A DNA stretch of 64,000 nt from Candidatus Acidiferrales bacterium (GTDB lineage: Bacteria; Acidobacteriota; Terriglobia; Acidiferrales; UBA7541). Below, one piece after another: positions 54,600-63,682 of this stretch; position 1 is the first letter of the stretch, and the number at the start of each line of letters is the position of its first letter. The stretch spans positions 287 to 64,286 of the forward strand of contig JBOGMW010000102.1 of assembly GCA_050746805.1 (NCBI GenBank). The letters are read 5' to 3'. Made by a program: the position numbers and the translations under genes. Under the pieces are notes generated by a model. It did not search any database, was not told the DNA's origin, and saw nothing but the letters and a program-made list of their open reading frames with translations.

Positions 54600-55271
54600 A
54601 TGAGCAATCGATCTGTTGCGGCTATGCAAATCGCGGTGAACGTGGTTCTCATCATCCTCATATCAGCCGTTTTATTCTGCGTCCCCATAGTGATAGTAAC
54701 TGCTTCACTCGTTGGGAATAGTGACGGTGTTACCTGGCCTCTCCTTTTTGAACAATACAGTGATATTTACGCTTTCTGGGCTGTAGTGTCGATTTTGATA
54801 GGGATATTTAATCTTTTCGTGAGCAAGAAATACGCGGAAGAGATTGTCCCGGGATGGGCAAATCTGATTTCAGGTATCATCCCCGGCATGATTCTGAGAT
54901 TTGCGTGGAGAGGCTTTAAAAATGCACAACTGGTCCATGCTGAGGAAGCGCGAGTAAACATTAACAGGAAGTGGTTATTGATTTCCTCGCTCACGGGATG
55001 TATCGCCATCATAGGTATCCCCTCCATGATCATACTGGGTGATGACAGGTTGCTGCTGCCTTTCCTTAGCGACTCGGATGTGCCAATACTCCTTGGCACG
55101 ATTGCGGCAGCAGTGTTCTTCTTTTATGGAGTCAATCGCGCATTTCGATTTCTTCCTTGCAAGCAGTGTGGCCAGCAAATCACAGATGACGCGTCGTTTT
55201 GTGCCCAATGCGGAAACGAAACCACACATGGATTTTTGAGAAAGGCGCGCCAGCACGGCGGGCACGAATAA
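54600..55271 (+). CDS. polytopic membrane protein with C-terminal zinc ribbon
   Basis: Several hydrophobic helices. C-terminus CKQCGQQITDDASFCAQCGNE. AT-richer codon usage than neighbours (by eye). Confidence 0.6.
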   Translation: MSNRSVAAMQIAVNVVLIILISAVLFCVPIVIVTASLVGNSDGVTWPLLFEQYSDIYAFWAVVSILIGIFNLFVSKKYAEEIVPGWANLISGIIPGMILRFAWRGFKNAQLVHAEEARVNINRKWLLISSLTGCIAIIGIPSMIILGDDRLLLPFLSDSDVPILLGTIAAAVFFFYGVNRAFRFLPCKQCGQQITDDASFCAQCGNETTHGFLRKARQHGGHE

Positions 55272-55311
55272 ACTCGACGGAAACCTGGCGATATAGCCAA
55301 TCGGAGCAACC

Positions 55312-56247
55312 ATGAATACTCGCTCTTTCTTTCGCCTCTTCCGTTTCCAAATTCCTCGCCTCGCCGCCATCCCGGTGATGCTGCTGCTCATTCTGGTAGG
55401 GGGAAACTCTGCATCTTGCGCAGCGAGTACCCCAGGCGATGCTCTTTTCAAGGCCGCACACGATGGGAATGTCAAAAAGGTATCCTCCCTGGTTCCCAGT
55501 GCTTCTCAATCTGATGTTTCTCAAGCTTTGAAAGAGGCCGCGTTCATGGGACACCTTAATGTAGTGCAGGCCATAATTGCTCTTGGAGCTGACATCAACG
55601 GCAACTTCAGTTCTATTCTCACTGAAAAAGATCTTGTTCAAAACGACGGGACGCTTGACGCTGCGAGATTTTACACTTTCTGTAGCCCAGGGAAATTGCC
55701 GATAAGAAGCCCCCTAATCGCCGCGACTAGAGCTGGTAAATCGGACGTGGTGAAATGGCTTGCCGACCATGGGGCCGACATCGACTTACAAGGATGGGCT
55801 TGTATATTCGAGGATATGGATCAGCAGCAGGAGCCGCCTCATTTGATCAAGTTTAGACCTGTGGTCGCAGAAAAGGGAAACAACGCTCTTTCCGAGGCGA
55901 TACTTGCCGGAGAGACTTCTATCGCTCAAGTCCTGATAGCGCATGGCGCGGACCTTTCTCGGAGCGTCGTGTGGCACTCGGCTGACATTCCAGCATTGCG
56001 AGAACTTGATAATCGCGACAGAAACGGGCCCAATACCCTTATTCTTTATATTGGCGGTTCGGCCTTTCCCGATTACGGAACTCACCTGAAACCTAGTGAT
56101 GGTGGCTTCATGCTAACTGACATTGATGCCGAGCAACAGCGCGAAACAACCATTCGTGAACTCGCTTCAAATTCAACGATCCTCGAAATCCGAGCGTTAG
56201 TGGGTACCCAAGCCGGGGTAGCCAATGGCGGTGGCAATACACATTAG
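55312..56247 (+). CDS. ankyrin-repeat protein with N-terminal signal/anchor
   Basis: ALFKAAHDGNVKKVSSLV, ALKEAAFMGHLNVVQAIIALGADING, SPLIAATRAGKSDVVKWLADHGADIDLQ, NALSEAILAGETSIAQVLIAHGADL. Confidence 0.8.
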   Translation: MNTRSFFRLFRFQIPRLAAIPVMLLLILVGGNSASCAASTPGDALFKAAHDGNVKKVSSLVPSASQSDVSQALKEAAFMGHLNVVQAIIALGADINGNFSSILTEKDLVQNDGTLDAARFYTFCSPGKLPIRSPLIAATRAGKSDVVKWLADHGADIDLQGWACIFEDMDQQQEPPHLIKFRPVVAEKGNNALSEAILAGETSIAQVLIAHGADLSRSVVWHSADIPALRELDNRDRNGPNTLILYIGGSAFPDYGTHLKPSDGGFMLTDIDAEQQRETTIRELASNSTILEIRALVGTQAGVANGGGNTH

Positions 56248-56547
56248 ATCCCCCAATGGCAATCTGGTGGCGATTTGGTACCAGCAAACCTACAGGAGTC
56301 TTCGCAATCCCATTCTCGATCCATTCCGCACCGTTCGAATCCTCGCCCTACGGGTCGGCTGCTTGAAAATTGCGTTTAGCACCGATTCTTGGGCGGCAAT
56401 TCTCTGCGCCATCGGCGATTTTTCTTCACCTGTAATTTCACCTGTAATAGTTCCGTCTTAGCCGTACTTCCGCGTACTTAGACGGTCCCTGACGCTCTCT
56501 AAGTTGTTGGAAGTACATAATCACGCCGCTTTGACAGGGTAGAGGTC

Positions 56548-56575
56548 TGGAGTTCGAGTCTCCACGGGCCTACCA
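56548..56575 (+). other. tRNA 3'-end-like fragment (T-arm, acceptor 3' strand, discriminator, CCA) without a 5' half
   Basis: TGGAG-TTCGAGT-CTCCA CGGGCCT A CCA. No complementary (A/G)GGCCCG acceptor strand within 100 nt upstream. Confidence 0.6.
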
Positions 56576-56581
56576 TTATTT

Positions 56582-56846
56582 TCAATGCTTTAGAGAGATT
56601 TCGGCTTCAAAACCTCGGGAAATACGAAAGACAAGCCTGGCAAACAGCAGAATTCCCCGCCAATGGCAAAAATCATTTGGAAGAGCAACTGGAGCGTGAG
56701 GCAGGTTACCGCAACTTCATCCTCAATCTTTACCACGCCAAACCATTCTCCGGGCAAGCGTGGTTACACGGCGCAAAGGCTGGACGAATGGTTCACATCG
56801 CTGCGGTGGATGCACCCGTCACTCAAGCCGACGTAAAAGCCATTTA
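56582..56846 (+). pseudogene. startless gene remnant, possibly the 3' end of a DNA methyltransferase-type gene
   Basis: An open frame without a start codon runs from the tRNA fragment to TAA 56844..56846: ...QAWQTAEFPANGKNHLEEQLEREAGYRNFILNLYHAKPFSGQAWLHGAKAGRMVHIAAVDAPVTQADVKAI. The family assignment rests on memory of similar C-termini only. Confidence 0.3.
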
Positions 56847-56904
56847 AGAACGGCGATGTCTAGTTAAATGATGTGTAGACGAAGTTTGCTTACGAGCCGT
56901 CCGC

Positions 56905-57831
56905 CTAGTTGCGGACGTTTTGTGCGATGGGTTGAGTTGGCGGGGCCGATGCCGCCCGGATCTGTTCCACAATCTGCCGCGCGAGTTTTAAGCTCGTGGC
57001 ACAGGTTGGATCGGTGATGCGGCACTCGGCGATGGTCATCGCGCAGCCGCACGTACAGCGCTCTGAGTTCATGCGCTTCAAAGCCAATTTCTTCTGGGTC
57101 GGAGTCAGCCCTTTGAAATTCACTCCTGGCATGCTGGTGGCCAGCGCGGCGTTTTTCAGAAAGATTTGACCGGTGTCCTTGAACGTTTCAATCTTCGCGT
57201 GCACGGGCATTCCGAGCAATGCGCGAATTTCATTGTCGTACACTTCCTTCGGATACAGGCCAACGTGCTTTTGCACCACGCGGCCTTCCGGATCGACCAC
57301 GAACGAAGTGGGTAGCGCGGGGATTCCGCCGTACTCTTCCGATAGCGCGTCGCTGCCCATGACGATGGGATAATTCATGCCGATTTTGTCGGCGAAGTCC
57401 TTCACGCCTTGCGCCGGGCCGTCGTCCATCGATACGCCAACAATCTGCAGCTTTCCCTGGAACTCTTTCTGCAGCTCCATCATTTCCGGAATTTCTTCCT
57501 GGCAGGGAGGGCACCATGTGGCCCAGAAATTCACGATCACTACTTTTCCGCGCAGTTGCGCGGTTGAGACAAGCTGCCCGTTGAGGTCATTGACCAAGAA
57601 CGGAGGCATCGGCCCCGCGTTGGTGGCGAAGCGGATCACTTCGGAGTCGCCAGAATCGTCCGCATTAGTTTTCGCGCTGGCCGGCTGCGGCTTCGCAGCA
57701 ACGGCGTGCGCCGTACTGGCAGCGCCCGGCTTAGCTGCAGAGACGTGCAGTTCGCGCGCGCCTTCGATGGCGATGGCTATAGCCCCCAGAGCGCAGGCAA
57801 CCAGCAGAATGATGAGTGCCGACTTCTTCAT
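56905..57831 (-). CDS. TlpA/ResA-like thiol:disulfide oxidoreductase with Cys-rich C-terminal extension
   Basis: Signal anchor MKKSALIILLVACALGAIAIA. VVIVNFWATWCPPCQEEIPEMMELQKEF. C-terminus RCTCGCAMTIAECRITDPTC. Confidence 0.85.
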   Translation of the reverse strand: MKKSALIILLVACALGAIAIAIEGARELHVSAAKPGAASTAHAVAAKPQPASAKTNADDSGDSEVIRFATNAGPMPPFLVNDLNGQLVSTAQLRGKVVIVNFWATWCPPCQEEIPEMMELQKEFQGKLQIVGVSMDDGPAQGVKDFADKIGMNYPIVMGSDALSEEYGGIPALPTSFVVDPEGRVVQKHVGLYPKEVYDNEIRALLGMPVHAKIETFKDTGQIFLKNAALATSMPGVNFKGLTPTQKKLALKRMNSERCTCGCAMTIAECRITDPTCATSLKLARQIVEQIRAASAPPTQPIAQNVRN

Positions 57832-58407
57832 GGATTTCGGACTCGCCCTTAAAGATTATGCGGCAGATGGGCGCGGGACACAACGCCAAGCGCTAACCGG
57901 TGCTTAAAAGGAAAGAACACTCCACGGTAGCTGTGTCCGCGTTTGTAAATGAGGACCCAAAACCGGGCCTCATCGCCTCGGAATCCCAAAATCCACATTT
58001 CTCGGTTTAGGCGTGCTCTCTAAATGGTCGTGTGAAGCTTCACAATGCGTCTGGATTGACCGGATTCAGAAAGTCGTACCTGAAGGCCTGGAAACTGGAC
58101 CGCGCCTTCAGCCCGCCTCTAATTCGAAACTCGTCTGGAAGGTTTCTATCCGGGACGCGCGTTCCCGATTCGACTCGCAGCAACTGGCTCCGGCGCATGT
58201 GCTGCACGCCTAAGTTGCTGAAAAATCAGTCTCGCGCGAGTGAAACGTGCAAAGTTGAAGTGGGCATGCGACGTGCATTAGAGAGGTCGTGGGTCGCGTT
58301 CCAACACGGTCCGCATCGTTGGTGAATGGGGAGGAAGGGGCCCGTTCGCTGGTGATTCGGGTCGTTCCCACCTGCCTCTGAGAGGGAAGCTGGATGGATG
58401 ACCCCAT

Positions 58408-58494
58408 GGTTCGACTTCGCCTAGGTCGAACCAAATGGAACGCGGCCTTTGGAGGCTCCCGATCCCAAGCGGGAGCCTCCTCCTAATTTTCTTC
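58408..58494 (+). terminator. two tandem perfect hairpins, the second with a U-rich tail
   Basis: GGTTCGAC-TTCGCCTAG-GTCGAACC (58408..58432). GGAGGCTCCC-GATCCCAAGC-GGGAGCCTCC (58451..58480) followed by TCCTAATTTTCTTC. Confidence 0.55.
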
Positions 58495-58594
58495 GCAGCG
58501 CCAATCGCTACCTAAGCTCGAACGTCAATGCTCAAAGCTCGCATTTGGCGCCCATCTCGCATTCCGCTGCTCCATGCGATAATTTCCTCATCGC

Positions 58595-59416
58595 ATGCGC
58601 AACCTGAAGCTCATCATCGCCTACGACGGCGCGGAATTCCACGGCTGGCAAATTCAGCCGGGAGTGCCGACCATTCAGGGGGCGATCAACGAAATAGCCT
58701 CGCAGGTGACGCAGGAGAAGATCTTCGTCCACGGCGCCAGCCGCACGGACGCGGGCGTCCATGCGCTCGGGCAGGTGGCGCATTTCAAGACGCGCTCGCA
58801 AATCCCAGCCGCAGAGTTTCAGCGCGCACTGAATGCGCTCCTGCCGCCCGCAATTCGCATCATGGCTGCCGAGGAAGTGGGCCCCGATTTTCACGCGCGT
58901 TGGCTGGCGCAGGCGAAGACGTATCGCTACCGGATTTATCGCGGCGCGGTGTTGTCGCCGTTCGAGCATCGCCGCGTGCTGCATTATTCCGGGCCGCTCG
59001 ACGAAGCTGCGATGTCCGCCGCAGCTCGCGAATTCGCAGGCGAGCGCGATTTCGCGACTTTCTCGGCATCGTCGGGATCAGAAGACGACGACCGCGACCG
59101 CGCGACGGTTCGCGTGATTTACAGTTCTGAAATGATTCGCGAGGCTGATCGCGACGAAATCGCGTACGTGGTGCGCGGCCAATCGTTTCTGCGTTACATG
59201 GTGCGCAAAATCGTGGGAACTCTGCTGGAAGTGGGGAAGGGAAGGCTCGCGCCCGGCGACATCCACGAATTATTCGAGGCGCGCGACCGCAGCCGCTCTG
59301 GTGCCACGCTCCCGCCCGAAGGCCTGTATCTCGTCTCGCTTGAATATCCCGATCCCACTGATTCGCTAGCATCGACGGCCCGCCGCTCCCGTTCGTCCTC
59401 GCGACGCGACTTTTAA
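58595..59416 (+). CDS. truA: tRNA pseudouridine(38-40) synthase TruA
   Basis: MRNLKLIIAYDGAEFHGWQIQPGVPTIQGAINEIASQVTQEKIFVHGASRTDAGVHALGQVAHF ... SFLRYMVRKIVGTLLEVG. Confidence 0.95.
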   Translation: MRNLKLIIAYDGAEFHGWQIQPGVPTIQGAINEIASQVTQEKIFVHGASRTDAGVHALGQVAHFKTRSQIPAAEFQRALNALLPPAIRIMAAEEVGPDFHARWLAQAKTYRYRIYRGAVLSPFEHRRVLHYSGPLDEAAMSAAAREFAGERDFATFSASSGSEDDDRDRATVRVIYSSEMIREADRDEIAYVVRGQSFLRYMVRKIVGTLLEVGKGRLAPGDIHELFEARDRSRSGATLPPEGLYLVSLEYPDPTDSLASTARRSRSSSRRDF

Positions 59417-59468
59417 CGGGTGGTCGGCTGGGTAAACATAGGGTCAGCCGTGCTACCGGGGCGCAGGA

Positions 59469-59831
59469 TTAGCGCGCCGATTCAGCAATGGCCGTTTGCC
59501 CCATAACCGTTTGCTCGTCAAGATCGGTTACGCCACGCCCCAAAACAACTAATCGATGGAATAAGAAACCCATAGCAATTTTGTTCACTTCGGGTTTGCG
59601 GATGTTGTAGAAGACGACCGTAGCCAATTCGATCGAACGGACCAGTCCAAAGTTACGACTGTGTCCGCCATAATATTCTCCGCCTTCTCCCATGAACAGG
59701 TATGAGACGGACCATTTCCCCAACGTATAAGACCTTGCGCTGCACGCTTCGGCATCTCTCATTACCCTGACCTGATGGGGCCTCGTATGGCGTGAAGAGG
59801 CATACCCCTGCGAGAATCGCGAGGCCGACAA
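59469..59831 (-). CDS. hypothetical protein (AT-richer)
   Basis: ORF only (an internal start MRDAEACSARSYTLGKWSVSYLFMGEGGEYYGGHSRNFGLV... is possible at 59762). No domain recognised. Confidence 0.3.
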   Translation of the reverse strand: MSASRFSQGYASSRHTRPHQVRVMRDAEACSARSYTLGKWSVSYLFMGEGGEYYGGHSRNFGLVRSIELATVVFYNIRKPEVNKIAMGFLFHRLVVLGRGVTDLDEQTVMGQTAIAESAR

Positions 59832-59973
59832 GGAGAATGGGGGAGCTTTCTTCCACTTTCGATTTTGACGGAAATTTCTAGCCGTTCAGATGATAAGATT
59901 ACATCGAAATTGGCCCGGTGTGGACCAGAGCCTTCTTGGAGGTATTCTGCGTGACACGGGCCAGTGGTAATGT

Positions 59974-61068
59974 ATGCGATCAAGGATAGCGATGGCCAAC
60001 GAAGTGCCGAACGACCTGGCCGAAAAAGCAGCGATCATGCGGGAATTTGGACGGCTGCGCGCCGCAGGGCAGCCAATTCCGGCGGAGTTACAAGCGAAGC
60101 ACGTCAACGCTACCAACGACGGCTACACCACCGGCCCTGAGCCTGCAGAGCGAATCCCCGATTTCTCGTTGGCCGACCAAAACGGAATGTCCAGGTCGCT
60201 CGTAAATCTCGCCGGGGCCAACGGATTGCTTTTGGTGTTCTATCGCAGCGCGGATTGGTGACGCTACTGCCGCTCCCAACTCGTCGAGTTGGAACAATCA
60301 CGCACGATAATCGAAAAGGAAGGCTTTCGCATCGCGGCCGTCAGTTACGATTCGCAGGAAAAACTTCGCAATTTCGGGCAGCAATACCAGATTGGCTTTC
60401 CGCTGCTTTCCGATGCTGGCAGCGCCGTGATTCGCAGCTTCGGAATCTTGAACACCAATATCGCGCCCGAGCTGCGGGCGCACGGTGTTCCGCATCCCGT
60501 GCAGTATCTGGTCGCGCCGGACGGCATCGTCATCCGCAAGTATTTCGTGCCCAATTACCAGCATCGCGTCGCGGGATCTGCCGTTGCTCTGCAAGAATTC
60601 GGGGCCACGAGCCACCTCGCACCAGCGGTCACTTTGCATAGTGGCGCATTGACGGTGCACCTGGGTCTATCGACAGAGCAAGCTTTCGCCGGCCATGAAA
60701 TCGGTTTCTTCGCCAAATTCGCGCTTGAACCGGGCTGGCACGTCTACGGCGCACCGCTGCCGGAGAACTACACCGTAACGTCCGTGACGTTCGATGACCC
60801 CAGCATCATTCGCCAGTCGTTTGAATTGCCGCCGCCCGTTCCGCTGCGAATCGCGGCGCTTGGGGAAACGCTGCCGGTTTACAGCGGTTCGTTCCAAGGA
60901 TCGGGTTCGCTCTTACTGAAATATCCGCTCGACGAGGGCAGGATCACACTCTCAGGCCGCGTCCGCTTCCAACAATGCAGCGACACCGTCTGCGAGCCGC
61001 CTGAAACTCTCCCGTTCGACCTTCCGCTGACTCTTCAACCATTCCAGATCGCGCCGCAGCGCAAATAG
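59974..61068 (+). CDS. AhpC/TSA-type (peroxiredoxin-like) protein with in-frame UGA at the first Cys of the W-C-x-x-C motif, fused to a DsbD-alpha/DsbC-like C-terminal domain; candidate selenoprotein
   Basis: ORFs 59974..60261 and 60289..61068 share one frame, and the only stop between them is TGA 60259..60261. The read-through is ...IPDFSLADQNGMSRSLVNLAGANGLLLVFYRSADW-U-RYCRSQLVELEQSRTIIEKEGFRIAAVSYDSQEKLRNF... The C-terminus reads FALEPGWHVYGAPLP...GRVRFQQCSDTVCEPPETL. Confidence 0.65.
60276..60292 (+). promoter_or_regulatory. SECIS-like stem-loop downstream of UGA 60259..60261
   Basis: CCAACUC-GUC-GAGUUGG forms a perfect 7-bp stem with a GUC apical loop. It starts 14 nt after the UGA. Confidence 0.45.
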
Positions 61069-61182
61069 TTCTGCCAGATCTTGTGCATGAGTGGGCCTTC
61101 CCACTTGTGTTATAAGCAACCAGAGCGCGACGCAATGCCATTCGCAGCGAGGCGGCAGCTGCATCTGGCGAACCGGAGGTAC

Positions 61183-62334
61183 ATGGCGATGGACAGACGA
61201 TCGTTTGTGAAGGCTGCGGCGCTTTCGTACGCCACGGCCTCCAGTTGGCTGACGGCCGCCGCGTCGCAAATCAAAATGCCGGTGAGCAACAAGGAGGCGT
61301 CTAAGCCCCGTAAGGTTCCCTACAAACGCATCGCTACCGAAGAAGCCTGGGGCACCGTGGAAATGTTCGACATGTACATTCAGCTGATCGACAAAAATCC
61401 GTACGCCCACCCCGGGCTTGCAAGCATGTGGGGAAGCACCGGCAATCGCGCCGGGGAATCAGAAGGCAGCGCCAATCCCATCGTCAGGCGGCTGGCGGAT
61501 ATGGGAGAAGGTCGAATCAGTGATATGGACGCCAGCGGAATCGACGTAGCACTACTTTTATTAACCGCGCCCGGCGTGCAGGTGTTCGACGCGGCGACAG
61601 CAAATTCGCTGGCGGCGTCGACGAACGATCAACTTGCGGAGGCGATCCGCAAATATCCCACTCGATTTGCCGGGCTAGCCGCCATTGCTCCACAAGATCC
61701 GAAAACGGCCGCGAAAGAATTCGAGCGGGCGACGAAAACCCTCGGCTTGAAAGGGGCGGTCATCAACTCGCATACCGAAGGCGAATACCTCGACGACCCG
61801 AAGTTCTGGGATATTTTCGAGGCTGCCGAGGCGTTGAATGCCCCCATTTACATTCATCCTCGGGAGCCCGGGCCGCAAATGCTGCAGCCGTTTTTGCGGC
61901 GGGGAATGGAGCGCGCTCTTTGGGGCTTCAACGTCGAGGTTAGCGTGCATACGCTCGGGCTGATCGCCGCTGGGGTTTTCGATCGTTTTCCGAATCTCAA
62001 GATCGTTATCGGACACGCCGGGGAAGGGCTTCCGTATATGCTGTATCGCATCGACTACTGGGAACAGCGCAAAAAACCATTCATGCCCAAACTGAAGATG
62101 CTGCCCAGCGACTATATGAGGCGGAATATCTTCATTACCACGAGTGGCATGCCGTGGGGACCAGCTATACAGCTCGCGCAATCCGTGCTGGGCGTGGATC
62201 GTGTGCTATATGCGATGGATTACCCATACGAATTCGAAATCGAAGAAGTCACGATGACCGACGATATCTCCATGAGCGACGCGGATAAAAAGAAATTCTT
62301 TCAGACTAACGCGGAAAAGGTCTTTTCGCTCTAA
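61183..62334 (+). CDS. amidohydrolase-2 (ACMSD-like) family protein with Tat-type signal
   Basis: MAMDRRSFVKAAALSYATASSWL. KIVIGHAGEGLPYMLYRIDY. DRVLYAMDYPYEF. GGAGG SD. The start is ATG 61183 or 61189. Confidence 0.85.
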   Translation: MAMDRRSFVKAAALSYATASSWLTAAASQIKMPVSNKEASKPRKVPYKRIATEEAWGTVEMFDMYIQLIDKNPYAHPGLASMWGSTGNRAGESEGSANPIVRRLADMGEGRISDMDASGIDVALLLLTAPGVQVFDAATANSLAASTNDQLAEAIRKYPTRFAGLAAIAPQDPKTAAKEFERATKTLGLKGAVINSHTEGEYLDDPKFWDIFEAAEALNAPIYIHPREPGPQMLQPFLRRGMERALWGFNVEVSVHTLGLIAAGVFDRFPNLKIVIGHAGEGLPYMLYRIDYWEQRKKPFMPKLKMLPSDYMRRNIFITTSGMPWGPAIQLAQSVLGVDRVLYAMDYPYEFEIEEVTMTDDISMSDADKKKFFQTNAEKVFSL

Positions 62335-62416
62335 GTCGCGCCCATTCAAAAATAGGGGCGCAGCATGCCGTGGCCGCCGCCGAAGTTTTCTTAATGGGGA
62401 GCGAAACGTCGGAATG

Positions 62417-63340
62417 TTAGATGGGTTGCTCGCCGATCACCGTCGTCCGCACCAGATGGCGCCGCTCGTTCTCGTAATCGTGGATGCCGCAGTGCTGCAG
62501 GAAGCGGTTGTCCCAGACGATTACGGTGTTCGGCTTCCAGCGAATGCGGCACTGATACTGAAGCTTGTGGGGCATGTGGGCGAAATATTCCAGAAGTGGA
62601 CGGCTATCTTCCGCGCTCCAGCCTTCGAAGTGCCGAAAATATGCGGCCGTGACGTAGAGGGCTTTTCGTCCCGTGGTCGGATGCCGCCGCACGGCCGGAT
62701 GCGCGTTTTCGAGCTGGTCTTCTTTAAAGTCATGCGATTCACGCAGACGAAGCTGTTTGTCCTTGTCGAGCTTGGCGTTCTTCGACCAAATATCTTTTCC
62801 GGAATAGACCACGCGCAACTCTTCGAGCGTCTTCTTCATTCCGTCAGAGAGTTCCTCGTACGCCAGGTACATATTGGCGAACGCGGTGTCGCCGCCGTAT
62901 CGAGGCGCGTCGATGGCGCGCATCACCATGCACTTCGGTGGTCGCTTTAGAAACGGGCTGTCGGTGTGAAACTTCGTGAACGGCACCACGCTCACAGGGT
63001 CGTGCACTTCCCGACGCACTTCTTGCATTTCGCGGTCGCCAGCATAGAGCGGGGCCTGCGGCAATTCCATCAGCTCGCCGAAATAATGCGAGAACGCTTT
63101 GTGCTGCTCGATGCTCAAATCCTGATCGCGCAGCATGATCACCAGAAAGTGCTCGAACGCGGTCATGATTTCGCTGAGCACTTCTTCCTTCAGCGGCTTT
63201 CGCAAATCCACGCCGGTAATCTCGCAACCGCACGCGCCGGTCAGCGGTTCCACGCCAATATGACGAAACTCCGGCATCGGCCGCCCAGCCACCACCAAGT
63301 GCTCATTCTCGGTTTGTAACGCCTTCGCCTCTACGCTCAC
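62417..63340 (-). CDS. TauD/TfdA-family Fe(II)/2-oxoglutarate dioxygenase
   Basis: GVEPLTGACGCEITGVDLRKPL...FHTDSPFLKRPPKCMVMRAIDAPRYGGDTAFANMYLAYEEL...VWDNRFLQHCGIHDY. Confidence 0.9.
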   Translation of the reverse strand: MSVEAKALQTENEHLVVAGRPMPEFRHIGVEPLTGACGCEITGVDLRKPLKEEVLSEIMTAFEHFLVIMLRDQDLSIEQHKAFSHYFGELMELPQAPLYAGDREMQEVRREVHDPVSVVPFTKFHTDSPFLKRPPKCMVMRAIDAPRYGGDTAFANMYLAYEELSDGMKKTLEELRVVYSGKDIWSKNAKLDKDKQLRLRESHDFKEDQLENAHPAVRRHPTTGRKALYVTAAYFRHFEGWSAEDSRPLLEYFAHMPHKLQYQCRIRWKPNTVIVWDNRFLQHCGIHDYENERRHLVRTTVIGEQPI

Positions 63341-63682
63341 GGAAGACCTCCCTTGGTTGCCCCAATTCGCCGCCTTGCCTCATCGCAGCTACTCGCCAAC
63401 CGCAGCTACGCGGATTGTAGGCCCGCGGTAGCCGAATCGTAAGTGAAATTTTCCGCGGCGCCCGCACCTCCTCCCGCACCGTCATTCCGAGGAGCGAAGC
63501 GACGAGGAATCTGCTTTTCATTTGCCGGGGCGACTTGGAGGTCTCGCGGCGCGCCGCCGCGCTGGCGGCCACGCTGGAGTTGCCGGTAATCGAAGTAGTT
63601 GTGAATGGGGTAAGCTATCGGACCGGCGGGAGCTCTGATTCGCCCGTAGACCCTAATTCCACTCGGTCCGGAGGCTATACCG

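Noticed and set aside
56486-56575. Possible complete tRNA gene.
   Set aside because: Only the T-arm, 3' acceptor strand and CCA are present. No complementary 5' acceptor strand, D-arm or anticodon arm could be drawn in the 100 nt upstream, so it is called a fragment.
57990-58500. Suspected tmRNA because of CTGGATTGACCGG (similar to the tmRNA 5' CTGGATTCGACGGG) and a short frame ending ...APAHVLHA-stop.
   Set aside because: There is no GGGG acceptor 5' end, no T-arm/ACCA 3' end, and the tag does not end in the usual (A/L)AA. RNase P, 6S and SRP conserved blocks were also not found by eye. The region is kept only as an unassigned candidate RNA.
63466-63530. Segment GTCATTCCGAGGAGCGAAGCGACGAGGAATCTGCTTTTC that resembles short interspersed repeats I have seen translated as ...SEERSDEES... 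in soil-bacterial genomes.
   Set aside because: There is only one copy in this window and no clear dyad symmetry, so I cannot call it a repeat without a genome-wide search.
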